Assembly: GCA_015478655.1 (NCBI GenBank)
Contig: JADMIJ010000012.1
Location: 25,947-49,946 of the forward strand
Reading direction: 5' to 3'
DNA: 24,000 bases
From: Acidimicrobiales bacterium
GTDB taxonomy: Bacteria; Actinomycetota; Acidimicrobiia; Acidimicrobiales; RAAP-2
The notes under the pieces were generated by a model that did not search any database, had not been told where the DNA came from, and saw nothing but the letters and a program-made list of their open reading frames with translations. This document shows, one piece after another, positions 15,323 to 22,171 of the stretch. A program made the translations under genes and the position numbers. Within the stretch, counting starts at the first letter, position 1, and each line of letters starts with the position of its first letter.

Positions 15323-15484
15323 ATGCGCTACGTCTCGTTCGCGGCGGACGACAAGGAGGCGGCGATGATCGACCGGCTCAAGAGAAAGCTCAGGGACGAA
15401 CTCGACCGGCGGGTGTCGACGAAGGAGGCCGTGCTCCACGCCGTCGGGCTCGCGCTCGGCCACGACGTCGCCGGGGGCCGGTGA
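15323..15484 (+). CDS. ribbon-helix-helix (CopG/Arc-like) protein (53 aa)
   Basis: MRYVSFAADDKEAAMIDRLKRKLRDELDRRVSTKEAVLHAVGLAL has an RHH-like strand-helix-helix pattern. It is the first gene of the plus-strand operon. Confidence 0.55.
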   Translation: MRYVSFAADDKEAAMIDRLKRKLRDELDRRVSTKEAVLHAVGLALGHDVAGGR

Positions 15485-15485
15485 C

Positions 15486-16436
15486 ATGGCGGACCGGGAC
15501 GAGGCGACGGGCCGGCAGAAGCAGTTCCTCCTGGACCTCGGGTGCACGGAGGCACCGGTCGGCCTGACCCGCGCCCAGGCCTCGGCGTGGATATCCGAGC
15601 TCCGCGACCACCAGGCGATCGTGGCGACCGGCGCGAAGGCGACCGCGAGGGCCGACCTCTTCACCGTCCCCCCGGGCGGGTCACCATCACCGTCGCCGGC
15701 GGGCGGACAGGCGGGCGACTCCCCGTCCCGCCCGGGGGGGGGACCGGCCGCGTCCGCTTCTTCTTCCGCGGCCCCGTCGCCCGCCCCGCAACCCGCCGGC
15801 GCCCCCGCGCCGCTCGCCGCGGCCGCCGCGTCCGTCCAGGAGCCGCCCGGGTTCAGGACCGGCACGCAGGTGCTGGCCGAGCGGCAGGCCGAGGCGGAGC
15901 TCGTCGTCCGGTCGCGGGAGTCCTGGGAGCGGGCGGCCGGCCTGACCGCCGAGCAGATCACGATCCTGCGCGACGCGGGGCGCTTCCCGAAGGACGCCCG
16001 GGAGAACGAGATCCGCTTCGGGCTCGCCTTCGCGCACCGGCTCGGTCTCGACGTGTTCTCGGGGCAGGTGAAGTACATCCGGTTCGAGGAGAACGGCCCG
16101 ATGTCGCCGTTCATCGGCATCGATGGGATGGCGGCGCTCGCTAACAAGACGGGGCAGCACGACGGCTGGGAGATGAAGACCGAGGTCGACAAGGAGGGGA
16201 GGCCGGCCCGGTGCACGGTGACGGTGCACCGCAAGGACCAGAAGCACCCCGTGGTCGTCGCGCTCGAGTACGCCGAGGCGGTCAAGTACCGCAAGGACGG
16301 GGCGGTGACCCGGTCGTGGCGGGAGGGCCCGAAGCGGATGCTCGAGAAGGCGACCCGCGCGGCGGCTCTCCGGGCCGCGTTCCCCGAGACGCTGAGCGGG
16401 GTCTTTGAGACGAGCGAGGTCGCCGTTGAGGAGTGA
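15486..16436 (+). CDS. recT: RecT-family single-strand annealing recombinase with an N-terminal extension
   Basis: The C-terminal roughly 170 aa read LGLDVFSGQVKYIRF...PFIGIDGMAALANKTGQHDGWE...RSWREGPKRMLEKATRAAALRAAFPE, which is RecT-like. The N-terminus has a short helical module (QKQFLLDLG...LTRAQASAWISELR) followed by a roughly 90-aa P/A/S/G linker. Confidence 0.75.
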   Translation: MADRDEATGRQKQFLLDLGCTEAPVGLTRAQASAWISELRDHQAIVATGAKATARADLFTVPPGGSPSPSPAGGQAGDSPSRPGGGPAASASSSAAPSPAPQPAGAPAPLAAAAASVQEPPGFRTGTQVLAERQAEAELVVRSRESWERAAGLTAEQITILRDAGRFPKDARENEIRFGLAFAHRLGLDVFSGQVKYIRFEENGPMSPFIGIDGMAALANKTGQHDGWEMKTEVDKEGRPARCTVTVHRKDQKHPVVVALEYAEAVKYRKDGAVTRSWREGPKRMLEKATRAAALRAAFPETLSGVFETSEVAVEE

Positions 16437-16440
16437 TCCG

Positions 16441-16983
16441 ATGGATGTGCCAAAGTCCACGGCATGGTACCGAGCCAACCCAGAGCGTGCGAAGGCCAAT
16501 TGCGACATGTGGCGGCAGCACAACCCGCAGAAGGTGCGCGTGTTCATGGACCGCAGCAACGCACGTCGCCGGCAAAAGTGGCGGACCGACGCCGCGTGGC
16601 GCGAATCCCGTCTCGTGTCCTCCAAGAAACTGAACAAACTCCGGGGGCCGGTGTGGTGGGCGAGCAAGAAGCGGAAGGTACTGGAACGGTTGGGGGGCGC
16701 ACACTGCGTACGGTGCGGAGCGACCGACCTCCGCATCCTCGAAGTGAATCACATCGGTGGGGGTGGGAGGCTGGAACCGCGCTCCGGGCTAGAGCTGTAC
16801 GCCGAGATCCGACGGGGAGTTCGTTCTTCGCAAGGCTTGAACGTCCTCTGCCGCCCGTGCAATTCTATCGACTACATCGAACGCAGATTTCCAGACCTCG
16901 CGGGGCGGATTCAGGTTGTGTGGTGTCCCGCTCTCCCGGCGGTCGAGACGCGCGCCGTGCCGGCGCTGCCGGGGAAGAAGTAG
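16441..16983 (+). CDS. free-standing HNH (homing-type) endonuclease (180 aa)
   Basis: CVRCGATDLRILEVNHIGGGG...LNVLCRPCN is the HNH signature. Third positions are visibly more A/T-rich than in neighbouring genes. It has short spacers on both sides rather than 4-nt overlaps. Confidence 0.7.
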   Translation: MDVPKSTAWYRANPERAKANCDMWRQHNPQKVRVFMDRSNARRRQKWRTDAAWRESRLVSSKKLNKLRGPVWWASKKRKVLERLGGAHCVRCGATDLRILEVNHIGGGGRLEPRSGLELYAEIRRGVRSSQGLNVLCRPCNSIDYIERRFPDLAGRIQVVWCPALPAVETRAVPALPGKK

Positions 16984-16997
16984 GAGGACCCGGCGCC

Positions 16998-17516
16998 ATG
17001 ATCCGGCCACCGAAGGGGAGGAAGCCATACATCGGCACGTCCGTTGGCGTCGACCAATCGAAGAATCAGATCACCAAGCTGCTCCGCGACTACGGGGCCG
17101 AGGGGGTCGTGTGGGGCGACAATTTCCAGACGGGCGAGGTCAACCTCCGATTCGCCGTTCAGCGCGAGGACGGTCGCACGACGATCTTCTCGATCACCCC
17201 CGCCGCGTTCAAGGAGAAGCACACGAGCTACGACCCCGTGAAGGGTCGGAGCGTCACGATCGAGGCCCCGAACTGGCCTCGCGCGATGCGGCTCCTCCAC
17301 GCCTGGCTCAAGACGAAGCTCGAGTCCATCGCCTACGGCCTCACCGAGGTCGAGGAGGAGTTCCTCGCGCAGATGGTCGTCCGCGACGCGAGCGGCCGGG
17401 AGACGACGGCGGGCGAGCTGATCCTGCCGGCGATCGAGCAGGGCGGCGGGCGTCTCGCGCTCGAGCCGCCGAGGAAGCGGGAGAACGTCGTCGACGCGGA
17501 GTCGGGGCCCGCATGA
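16998..17516 (+). CDS. hypothetical protein (172 aa)
   Basis: The ATG is preceded by AGGAGG (16983-16988) at 9-nt spacing. The peptide is clean (…YIGTSVGVDQSKNQITKLLRDYGAEGVVWGDNF…). No motif recognised. Confidence 0.65.
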   Translation: MIRPPKGRKPYIGTSVGVDQSKNQITKLLRDYGAEGVVWGDNFQTGEVNLRFAVQREDGRTTIFSITPAAFKEKHTSYDPVKGRSVTIEAPNWPRAMRLLHAWLKTKLESIAYGLTEVEEEFLAQMVVRDASGRETTAGELILPAIEQGGGRLALEPPRKRENVVDAESGPA

Positions 17517-17734
17517 TGGTGAACGGCCAGCCGTGCCCCTCGACCCACGGGGGCTCGGGCTACCCGATGGGCGCGGTGCGCGAGGCGGACGGGTCGATGC
17601 ACTGCCAGTTCTGCGGGGCGGAGATGCAGGTCCGCCCGGAGTTCTTCGGGCGCCACGTGGAGGACCTCACGGTTCCCCCGCGGCGACGGTTCTTCCGACG
17701 GTTCGCCGAGCGGCTGCGGGGGATTGTCCGGTGA
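17513..17734 (+). CDS. small protein with a CxxC pair (73 aa)
   Basis: ATGA overlap at 17513-17516. Peptide: ...GSMHCQFCGAEMQVRPEFF... Confidence 0.5.
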   Translation: MMVNGQPCPSTHGGSGYPMGAVREADGSMHCQFCGAEMQVRPEFFGRHVEDLTVPPRRRFFRRFAERLRGIVR

Positions 17735-18033
17735 CGCCCGCCGGCGTCCTCGACAAGCTGCGGGCCTTGCTCGCGGCGTCGGAGAAGGAGCTGCGGATCG
17801 ACGACCTCAACGCCATGCGCCAGGAGGGATACCGTGGGGGACTCCGGTGGGCTATCGAACTGATCGAGGCCGACCCGCTCCACAAGGCCGCGCCGGACCT
17901 CGAGGGGCTGGTGCGCGACCTCCGGCGGATCCGCGTGTGGGGCCCCGACGACGCCCCGTCGGCCGAGCTGCTGGAGTGGAACCGGCGCGCCGAGGCGGTC
18001 CTCGCCACGCTGCCGAGGGAGGATTCCCCGTGA
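17731..18033 (+). CDS. hypothetical protein (100 aa)
   Basis: GTGA overlap at 17731-17734. Plausible helical peptide. Confidence 0.5.
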   Translation: MTPAGVLDKLRALLAASEKELRIDDLNAMRQEGYRGGLRWAIELIEADPLHKAAPDLEGLVRDLRRIRVWGPDDAPSAELLEWNRRAEAVLATLPREDSP

Positions 18034-18272
18034 CCGGGCCGACGCTCCACGAGCGGTTCCCCGCGGCCCACGACTGGGTCACCATCGAGGTCGACTCCGC
18101 GGACCACGCCTCGCACATGGTGTGCAAGGCCTGCGGGTGCGAGATGATCACTCCGGACAGATACGTCGGGAACGTCATAGTGGTCCCGCCCTGCCGGGCC
18201 TCGGCGAAGGTCGAGATCACCTCCGCCACGGACGCGGCGAGGGACCTGCTCACCAAGAAGGAGGGGCCGTGA
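18030..18272 (+). CDS. small Cys-containing protein (80 aa)
   Basis: GTGA overlap at 18030-18033. Peptide: ...HMVCKACGCEMITPDRYVGNVIVVPPC... Confidence 0.5.
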   Translation: MTGPTLHERFPAAHDWVTIEVDSADHASHMVCKACGCEMITPDRYVGNVIVVPPCRASAKVEITSATDAARDLLTKKEGP

Positions 18273-18436
18273 GGGCCCGCCCGGTGATCGACCCGCATCG
18301 CTGGCTCCGGCGCCACACGAACCGGGGGCACGTCGTCAACATCTCGATCGCCGGGGCCGGGAAGGCGAAGCTCCGCAGGGTCGAGTACCTGACCTGCAAC
18401 CAGTCCATGCGCCCCGGGCGCGGGAAGAAGGACTAG
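18269..18436 (+). CDS. small basic protein (55 aa)
   Basis: GTGA overlap at 18269-18272. It is below the 60-aa cut-off when counted from this start. Confidence 0.4.
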   Translation: MRARPVIDPHRWLRRHTNRGHVVNISIAGAGKAKLRRVEYLTCNQSMRPGRGKKD

Positions 18437-18438
18437 CC

Positions 18439-18603
18439 GTGACGCCCGACGACGTGCCGGCGGAGGCGCGGAGCTGCACCTGCGGTTGCGGGATGTCCTT
18501 CCACAACTGGGGCCGGGACGGCTTTCCGCGGATCATGACGGTGGCCGAGACCCTCTCGAACATCTGCGACTCGTGCGGCCACCCGCCGGAGGGGCCGAAA
18601 TGA
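18439..18603 (+). CDS. small Cys-rich protein (54 aa)
   Basis: GTG lies 2 nt after TAG at 18434-18436. Peptide: VTPDDVPAEARSCTCGCGMSFHNWGRDGFPRIMTVAETLSNICDSCGHPPEGPK. Its TGA overlaps the next ATG. It is not in the ORF track because it is shorter than 60 aa. Confidence 0.45.
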   Translation: MTPDDVPAEARSCTCGCGMSFHNWGRDGFPRIMTVAETLSNICDSCGHPPEGPK

Positions 18604-18881
18604 CGCTCGCCGAGACCGCCGCCAAGATCGGGGAACGGTCGAAGGTGCATGCCGAGAAGGACGGGGAGCGAGCAGCCGGATACGTTGCGGGTCTCCGGGA
18701 CTCGCTCCATGCCATCGAGGCCGACCCCGACTTCAAGCTCCACGCGAAGGTGGAGGTACTGGCGGCGGAATACGACGCGGCGTGCCAATACCGCCACGGG
18801 GGCCACTTGCCGGAGTTCATTGGCGTCTGCGAGTACCGGGATGTCGCCCGCCGCCTCCGCGAGTTGCTGGGGGACAAATGA
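18600..18881 (+). CDS. hypothetical protein (93 aa), paralogue of the next gene at its C-terminus
   Basis: ATGA overlap at 18600-18603. Ends ...GVCEYRDVARRLRELLGDK. Confidence 0.55.
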   Translation: MTLAETAAKIGERSKVHAEKDGERAAGYVAGLRDSLHAIEADPDFKLHAKVEVLAAEYDAACQYRHGGHLPEFIGVCEYRDVARRLRELLGDK

Positions 18882-19240
18882 CGCTGGACGGCCCGTGGCA
18901 CGCCGAGAGGTACATGTCGAGCGACAAGCCCGACGCCAAGCGGATCGGCACGATGGTCGTGTGCGGCGACCTCGAGGAGTTCCCCCTCGTCGAGTTCGTC
19001 CTCGAGGACGAGGCATACGCCAGGAGGATCATCGAAGACCACGAGCTCCGCGAGCGGGTCGAGAAGCTGGCGCGGGAATTGGAAACCGCTGCGGAGGAGG
19101 GCGAGTATCATGGGATTTTCAACTGTGAACATCTCGCCCGCCGCCTCCGCGAGCTGCTGACCCCATCCGATTCAACACCCGGCTCGGGAAACCGTCCCCC
19201 CGCCCCGGTGGCGGGTAAGGGGGAGGAACGGAGCGGATGA
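18878..19240 (+). CDS. hypothetical acidic protein (120 aa), paralogue of the previous gene at its C-terminal motif
   Basis: ATGA overlap at 18878-18881. Contains ...GIFNCEHLARRLRELLTPSD. Confidence 0.55.
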   Translation: MTLDGPWHAERYMSSDKPDAKRIGTMVVCGDLEEFPLVEFVLEDEAYARRIIEDHELRERVEKLARELETAAEEGEYHGIFNCEHLARRLRELLTPSDSTPGSGNRPPAPVAGKGEERSG

Positions 19241-19244
19241 CCGA

Positions 19245-19736
19245 ATGAAGATTCTGGACGCGACCGCAGGGAACCGGGGAATCTGGTTCGACAAGGACTA
19301 CCCGGATGCGACCTTCATCGACATCCGAAAGGAAACCCACCCGGGAAACCTCATGGTCGACGCCCGTCACACCGATTTCGCGAGCAGCTCCTTCGACCTG
19401 GTCGTTTTCGACCCGCCTCACATGGCGATCGGGCCGAGAGCTCAGATGGCTCAGCGGTACGGGTCCTTCCCGACGGCGTACATCCGGGAGTTCGTCGTGG
19501 ATGCCTTCCGGGAGTTCCGCCGCATCCTCAAGCACGATGGGTTGGTCGCGTTCAAGTGGAATGACCATGACACGGCTCTGAGGAGCGTGCTGGCCCCCGT
19601 GACGGGGTTTGAACCGCTCGTGGGCGTACGGGTCGCGCAGCGGCTTCATCACAAGTCGGAGACGAGCTGGGTTTTGCTGCGCCGCTCGAACCACGATGGC
19701 CAGAAACAGCTCCCTCCACCAGAAGGGGACCGATGA
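19245..19736 (+). CDS. small SAM-dependent methyltransferase with a DPPH motif (probable DNA N6-adenine/N4-cytosine MTase, 163 aa)
   Basis: KILDATAGNRGIWF is motif I-like. SFDLVVFDPPHM is motif IV (D/S-P-P-Y/F/H). Third positions are more A/T-rich than in its neighbours. Confidence 0.65.
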   Translation: MKILDATAGNRGIWFDKDYPDATFIDIRKETHPGNLMVDARHTDFASSSFDLVVFDPPHMAIGPRAQMAQRYGSFPTAYIREFVVDAFREFRRILKHDGLVAFKWNDHDTALRSVLAPVTGFEPLVGVRVAQRLHHKSETSWVLLRRSNHDGQKQLPPPEGDR

Positions 19737-20047
19737 CCGACCGCATCACCATCCGGCGCCTCGTGAACCTGGGCCAGTACGAGCACCTCTCCGTGGAGGT
19801 CTCCCACGAGGTCCCCGTGGAGGAGCCGAAGGAGACGCGCGATCTCGTCGACAGGGTCGAGCGGTACGCGCGGCTCTACAAGCGCAGGGTCGAGATCGAG
19901 CGCGAGCTCGCCCAGGCCACGCGGGAGCTCGAGTGGGCCCGCGAGCGGGTCGGCCTCTCCGAGGACGCGGGGCGGCACGACGTCGAGGTCAGGATCGACA
20001 GGTTCCGCCACGACCTCGAGGAGACCGACGGCGAGTGGGAGAGCTGA
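19733..20047 (+). CDS. hypothetical charged/coiled-coil protein (104 aa)
   Basis: ATGA overlap at 19733-19736. Listed in the ORF track. Confidence 0.55.
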   Translation: MTDRITIRRLVNLGQYEHLSVEVSHEVPVEEPKETRDLVDRVERYARLYKRRVEIERELAQATRELEWARERVGLSEDAGRHDVEVRIDRFRHDLEETDGEWES

Positions 20048-20212
20048 GTGACCCCGGCCCGCCACCCGCCGCCGATAGAACCGGTCCTCTCCCCGCGATG
20101 CCGCGACCCCTGCGAACACTCCGCCCTCGGGCACTACCCGGGCGGCCCCTGCTACGCGAGGGGGTGCCGGTGCGGCGGGTACCGCCCGCCCGAGCGGAGA
20201 AGCTCCTGGTGA
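20048..20212 (+). CDS. small Cys-rich protein (54 aa)
   Basis: GTG immediately follows TGA at 20045-20047. Peptide: VTPARHPPPIEPVLSPRCRDPCEHSALGHYPGGPCYARGCRCGGYRPPERRSSW. Shorter than 60 aa, so not in the track. Confidence 0.4.
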   Translation: MTPARHPPPIEPVLSPRCRDPCEHSALGHYPGGPCYARGCRCGGYRPPERRSSW

Positions 20213-20565
20213 TGTGCGACCGGTGCAGGTCCGAGAGGCCGTGCGGCCGGTGCGCCTGCCGGAGGACGATCCGCCCGAAGGACTCGAGCGCGCGGAGGCT
20301 CGGCTATGGGATCTGTGTGACCTGCGGCCACTACGTCAGCCGGCGACCGCCTTCCAGAGGCGGTTCGACCGCCACAGTATCCGGAGCGGACGGAGACCGC
20401 GGGCCCGCAGGTGGCGCAGCGCCTCCCGCCGCATCGCGTAGGGCGAGAACCGGCCGGGCGGCAGACGTATCTCGACCAGGGCGTCCATCGTGGCCCGGAC
20501 CTCGTCGGTCGTCATCCCGAGCAGGACCTGCTTCCAACGGTAGCGCAGGCGCATCTCGCGGATGA
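20212..20565 (+). CDS. possible small Zn-ribbon protein with an uncertain 3' end
   Basis: ATG at 20212 shares one nt with the previous TGA. The N-terminus MCDRCRSERPCGRCACRRTIRPKDSSARRLGYGICVTCGHY is plausible. Past about 20336 the frame is antisense to the GGR-like gene and reads as low complexity. Confidence 0.3.
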   Translation: MCDRCRSERPCGRCACRRTIRPKDSSARRLGYGICVTCGHYVSRRPPSRGGSTATVSGADGDRGPAGGAAPPAASRRARTGRAADVSRPGRPSWPGPRRSSSRAGPASNGSAGASRG

Positions 20566-21568
20566 ACGGGGCCAGCCCGCGCTCGTAACCGTCCGGGTCG
20601 TCGGCGGCGACGGCCAAGGCCGCCGCGACGCCGGACGCGAGTGCCTGGTGGATCCCGCCGCCGGTCAGGGGGTCGCACATGCGCCCCGCGTCGCCGAGGG
20701 ACAGGACGCGGCCCCGGTGGAGCTTCCGGTCCGGCCGGTAGGTCGGGATGACGCCGCCCATGCGGTGGTGCGCCGGCAGGTGGAACTCCGGGAAGTCCCG
20801 GAGGAAGCCGTCGAAGTACTTCCGCACCGGGACCGGGACGCCCCGCGCGTCGCGGACCGACAGCGGCGTGCCGATCCCGACGCGCAGGTGCGCGACCCCG
20901 TCCTCGGAGCTGGGGAACACCCACGCGTACCCGCTCGGCGCCCAGTCGCCCAGGTAGAGCGTCACCCGGTCGGGCGGGTGCTGCCCCGTGTTGGGCACGG
21001 AGACCTCGAGGCCGTTGTGCCGGTCCTCGTCGGGCAGGGCGCGCGTGATCCCGAGCCGACGCGAGATCCGGGAGTCGTAGCCGCCCGCGTCGAGGACCCA
21101 CGAGGCGGTGACGGCATGGCGACCGTGGGTCTCCCGCAGGTCGACCTCGTAGACGTCCCCCTTCCGCCGGGCGTCCTCCGCGTGGGTCGCGTGCCAGAAC
21201 GCGACGCCGGCGCGGGCCGCCTCGGCCTCAATCCTGCCGAGAAAGTTCGCCTCCTGCAGGACGACCCCGAGTTCCGGCGCGAGGGGGTTCCCGGCGCTCA
21301 GGACGCGCTCCGTGCCGGGCGGGTCGCCGGAGACGACGAGGCGGAACGACCGGATCGGTGAGGAGACGGCGTCGGGGGTGGGTGGGAAGCCGAGCTGCTC
21401 CAACCAGTACGACGCGATCCCGCTCGTGCTAGACGGTGGGTACCCACTACGCCCCCGGCGGTCGACCACCAGGACCCGCGAGCCGCGCCCCGCGCGGGCG
21501 AGCGACACGGCGGCGGCCTGGCCGGCGTAGCCTGCCCCGACCACCACCACGTCGTAGTCGGGCCTCAG
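20336..21568 (-). CDS. FAD-dependent geranylgeranyl-reductase-family oxidoreductase
   Basis: DYDVVVVGAGYAGQAAAVSLARAG is a dinucleotide-binding motif (GAGYAG at 21521-21541). LGDAGRMCDPLTGGGIHQALASG is the GGR-type second FAD motif. The start is uncertain: CTG at 21568 overlapping the upstream TGA, or GTG at 21550. The upstream 100 aa of the 509-aa track ORF look non-coding. Confidence 0.75.
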   Translation of the reverse strand: MRPDYDVVVVGAGYAGQAAAVSLARAGRGSRVLVVDRRGRSGYPPSSTSGIASYWLEQLGFPPTPDAVSSPIRSFRLVVSGDPPGTERVLSAGNPLAPELGVVLQEANFLGRIEAEAARAGVAFWHATHAEDARRKGDVYEVDLRETHGRHAVTASWVLDAGGYDSRISRRLGITRALPDEDRHNGLEVSVPNTGQHPPDRVTLYLGDWAPSGYAWVFPSSEDGVAHLRVGIGTPLSVRDARGVPVPVRKYFDGFLRDFPEFHLPAHHRMGGVIPTYRPDRKLHRGRVLSLGDAGRMCDPLTGGGIHQALASGVAAALAVAADDPDGYERGLAPFIREMRLRYRWKQVLLGMTTDEVRATMDALVEIRLPPGRFSPYAMRREALRHLRARGLRPLRILWRSNRLWKAVAG

Positions 21569-21816
21569 AACGTGCCCCCCGCCACGTCGTCCGTGCGCGA
21601 CGGACCGACGCAGACGTGCGTCCACCCGATGAAGATGGCCCCGCCGCACCGGGCGCACTCGCCGACGGGCCTCGGCGGACAGGTGTGCGCGGAGCCGGCC
21701 ATCACCATCGCGCCGCAGGAGCCGCACCGGTACGACGCCCACCAGGGCGGCGGGAGGTAGTACCGGGTGTCGCCGAACGAGACCGTCCGGGCCCCCCCGC
21801 GCAGCGGACGGATCAT
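21565..21816 (-). CDS. small Zn-ribbon-like protein (83 aa)
   Basis: The ATG at 21816 overlaps the upstream TGA (ATGA at 21813-21816). Peptide: ...YRCGSCGAMVMAGSAHTCPPRPVGECARCGGAIFIGWTHVC... Confidence 0.55.
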   Translation of the reverse strand: MIRPLRGGARTVSFGDTRYYLPPPWWASYRCGSCGAMVMAGSAHTCPPRPVGECARCGGAIFIGWTHVCVGPSRTDDVAGGTF

Positions 21817-22121
21817 CCCAGCCCCTTGACCCGGTGGACGATCCGGCCGAGCGCGCCGAGCGCACCGAGACGCTCCGCGACCTCGCCGACGCGCCGGGCG
21901 AACGCGGTGATCTCGCCGCGCCCGACGTCCTCCCCCAACTCGGCGATCCGCACGAGGTCCTCGCCGATTATCCGGTACGCCGTGATGTGGGACCTGCACC
22001 AGTCGCAGTTCGGCGAGGCCTCGGCCGCCCGCGCCTCCGCGACGGAGTTCCGCAGGTGGGTCAGCGTTTCTCCTTCGGTGTTTCTGGGCACGGTTGCTTC
22101 CTCAGCTCCGCTTCCTTGCAT
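21813..22121 (-). CDS. hypothetical protein (up to 102 aa) with an uncertain start
   Basis: The 3' two-thirds have G/C-rich third positions (…SPNCDWCRSHITAYRIIGEDLVRIAELGEDVGRGEITAFARRVGEVAERLG…). The first roughly 18 codons from ATG at 22121 have A/T-rich third positions. Alternative starts are GTG at 22091 (GAGGAA upstream) and CTG at 22066. A competing 36-aa ORF (22061-22171) occupies another frame. Confidence 0.5.
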   Translation of the reverse strand: MQGSGAEEATVPRNTEGETLTHLRNSVAEARAAEASPNCDWCRSHITAYRIIGEDLVRIAELGEDVGRGEITAFARRVGEVAERLGALGALGRIVHRVKGLG

Positions 22122-22171
22122 CTGATAAGGCGTTCGAGGAGGGTCTCGCGGCCCTCGGGACAGTCGGGCAT

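Noticed and set aside
14956-15324. The 122-aa minus-strand ORF across the divergent control region
   Set aside because: It has poor third-position G/C and an implausible peptide. It spans the palindromes and A/T islands, and its start overlaps the RHH gene start. I consider it non-coding.
20346-20364. A 7-bp hairpin (accgcct-tccag-aggcggt) at the convergent junction, considered as a terminator
   Set aside because: It lies inside the last ten codons of the GGR-like gene and has no U-tract. Its function is possible but unsupported.
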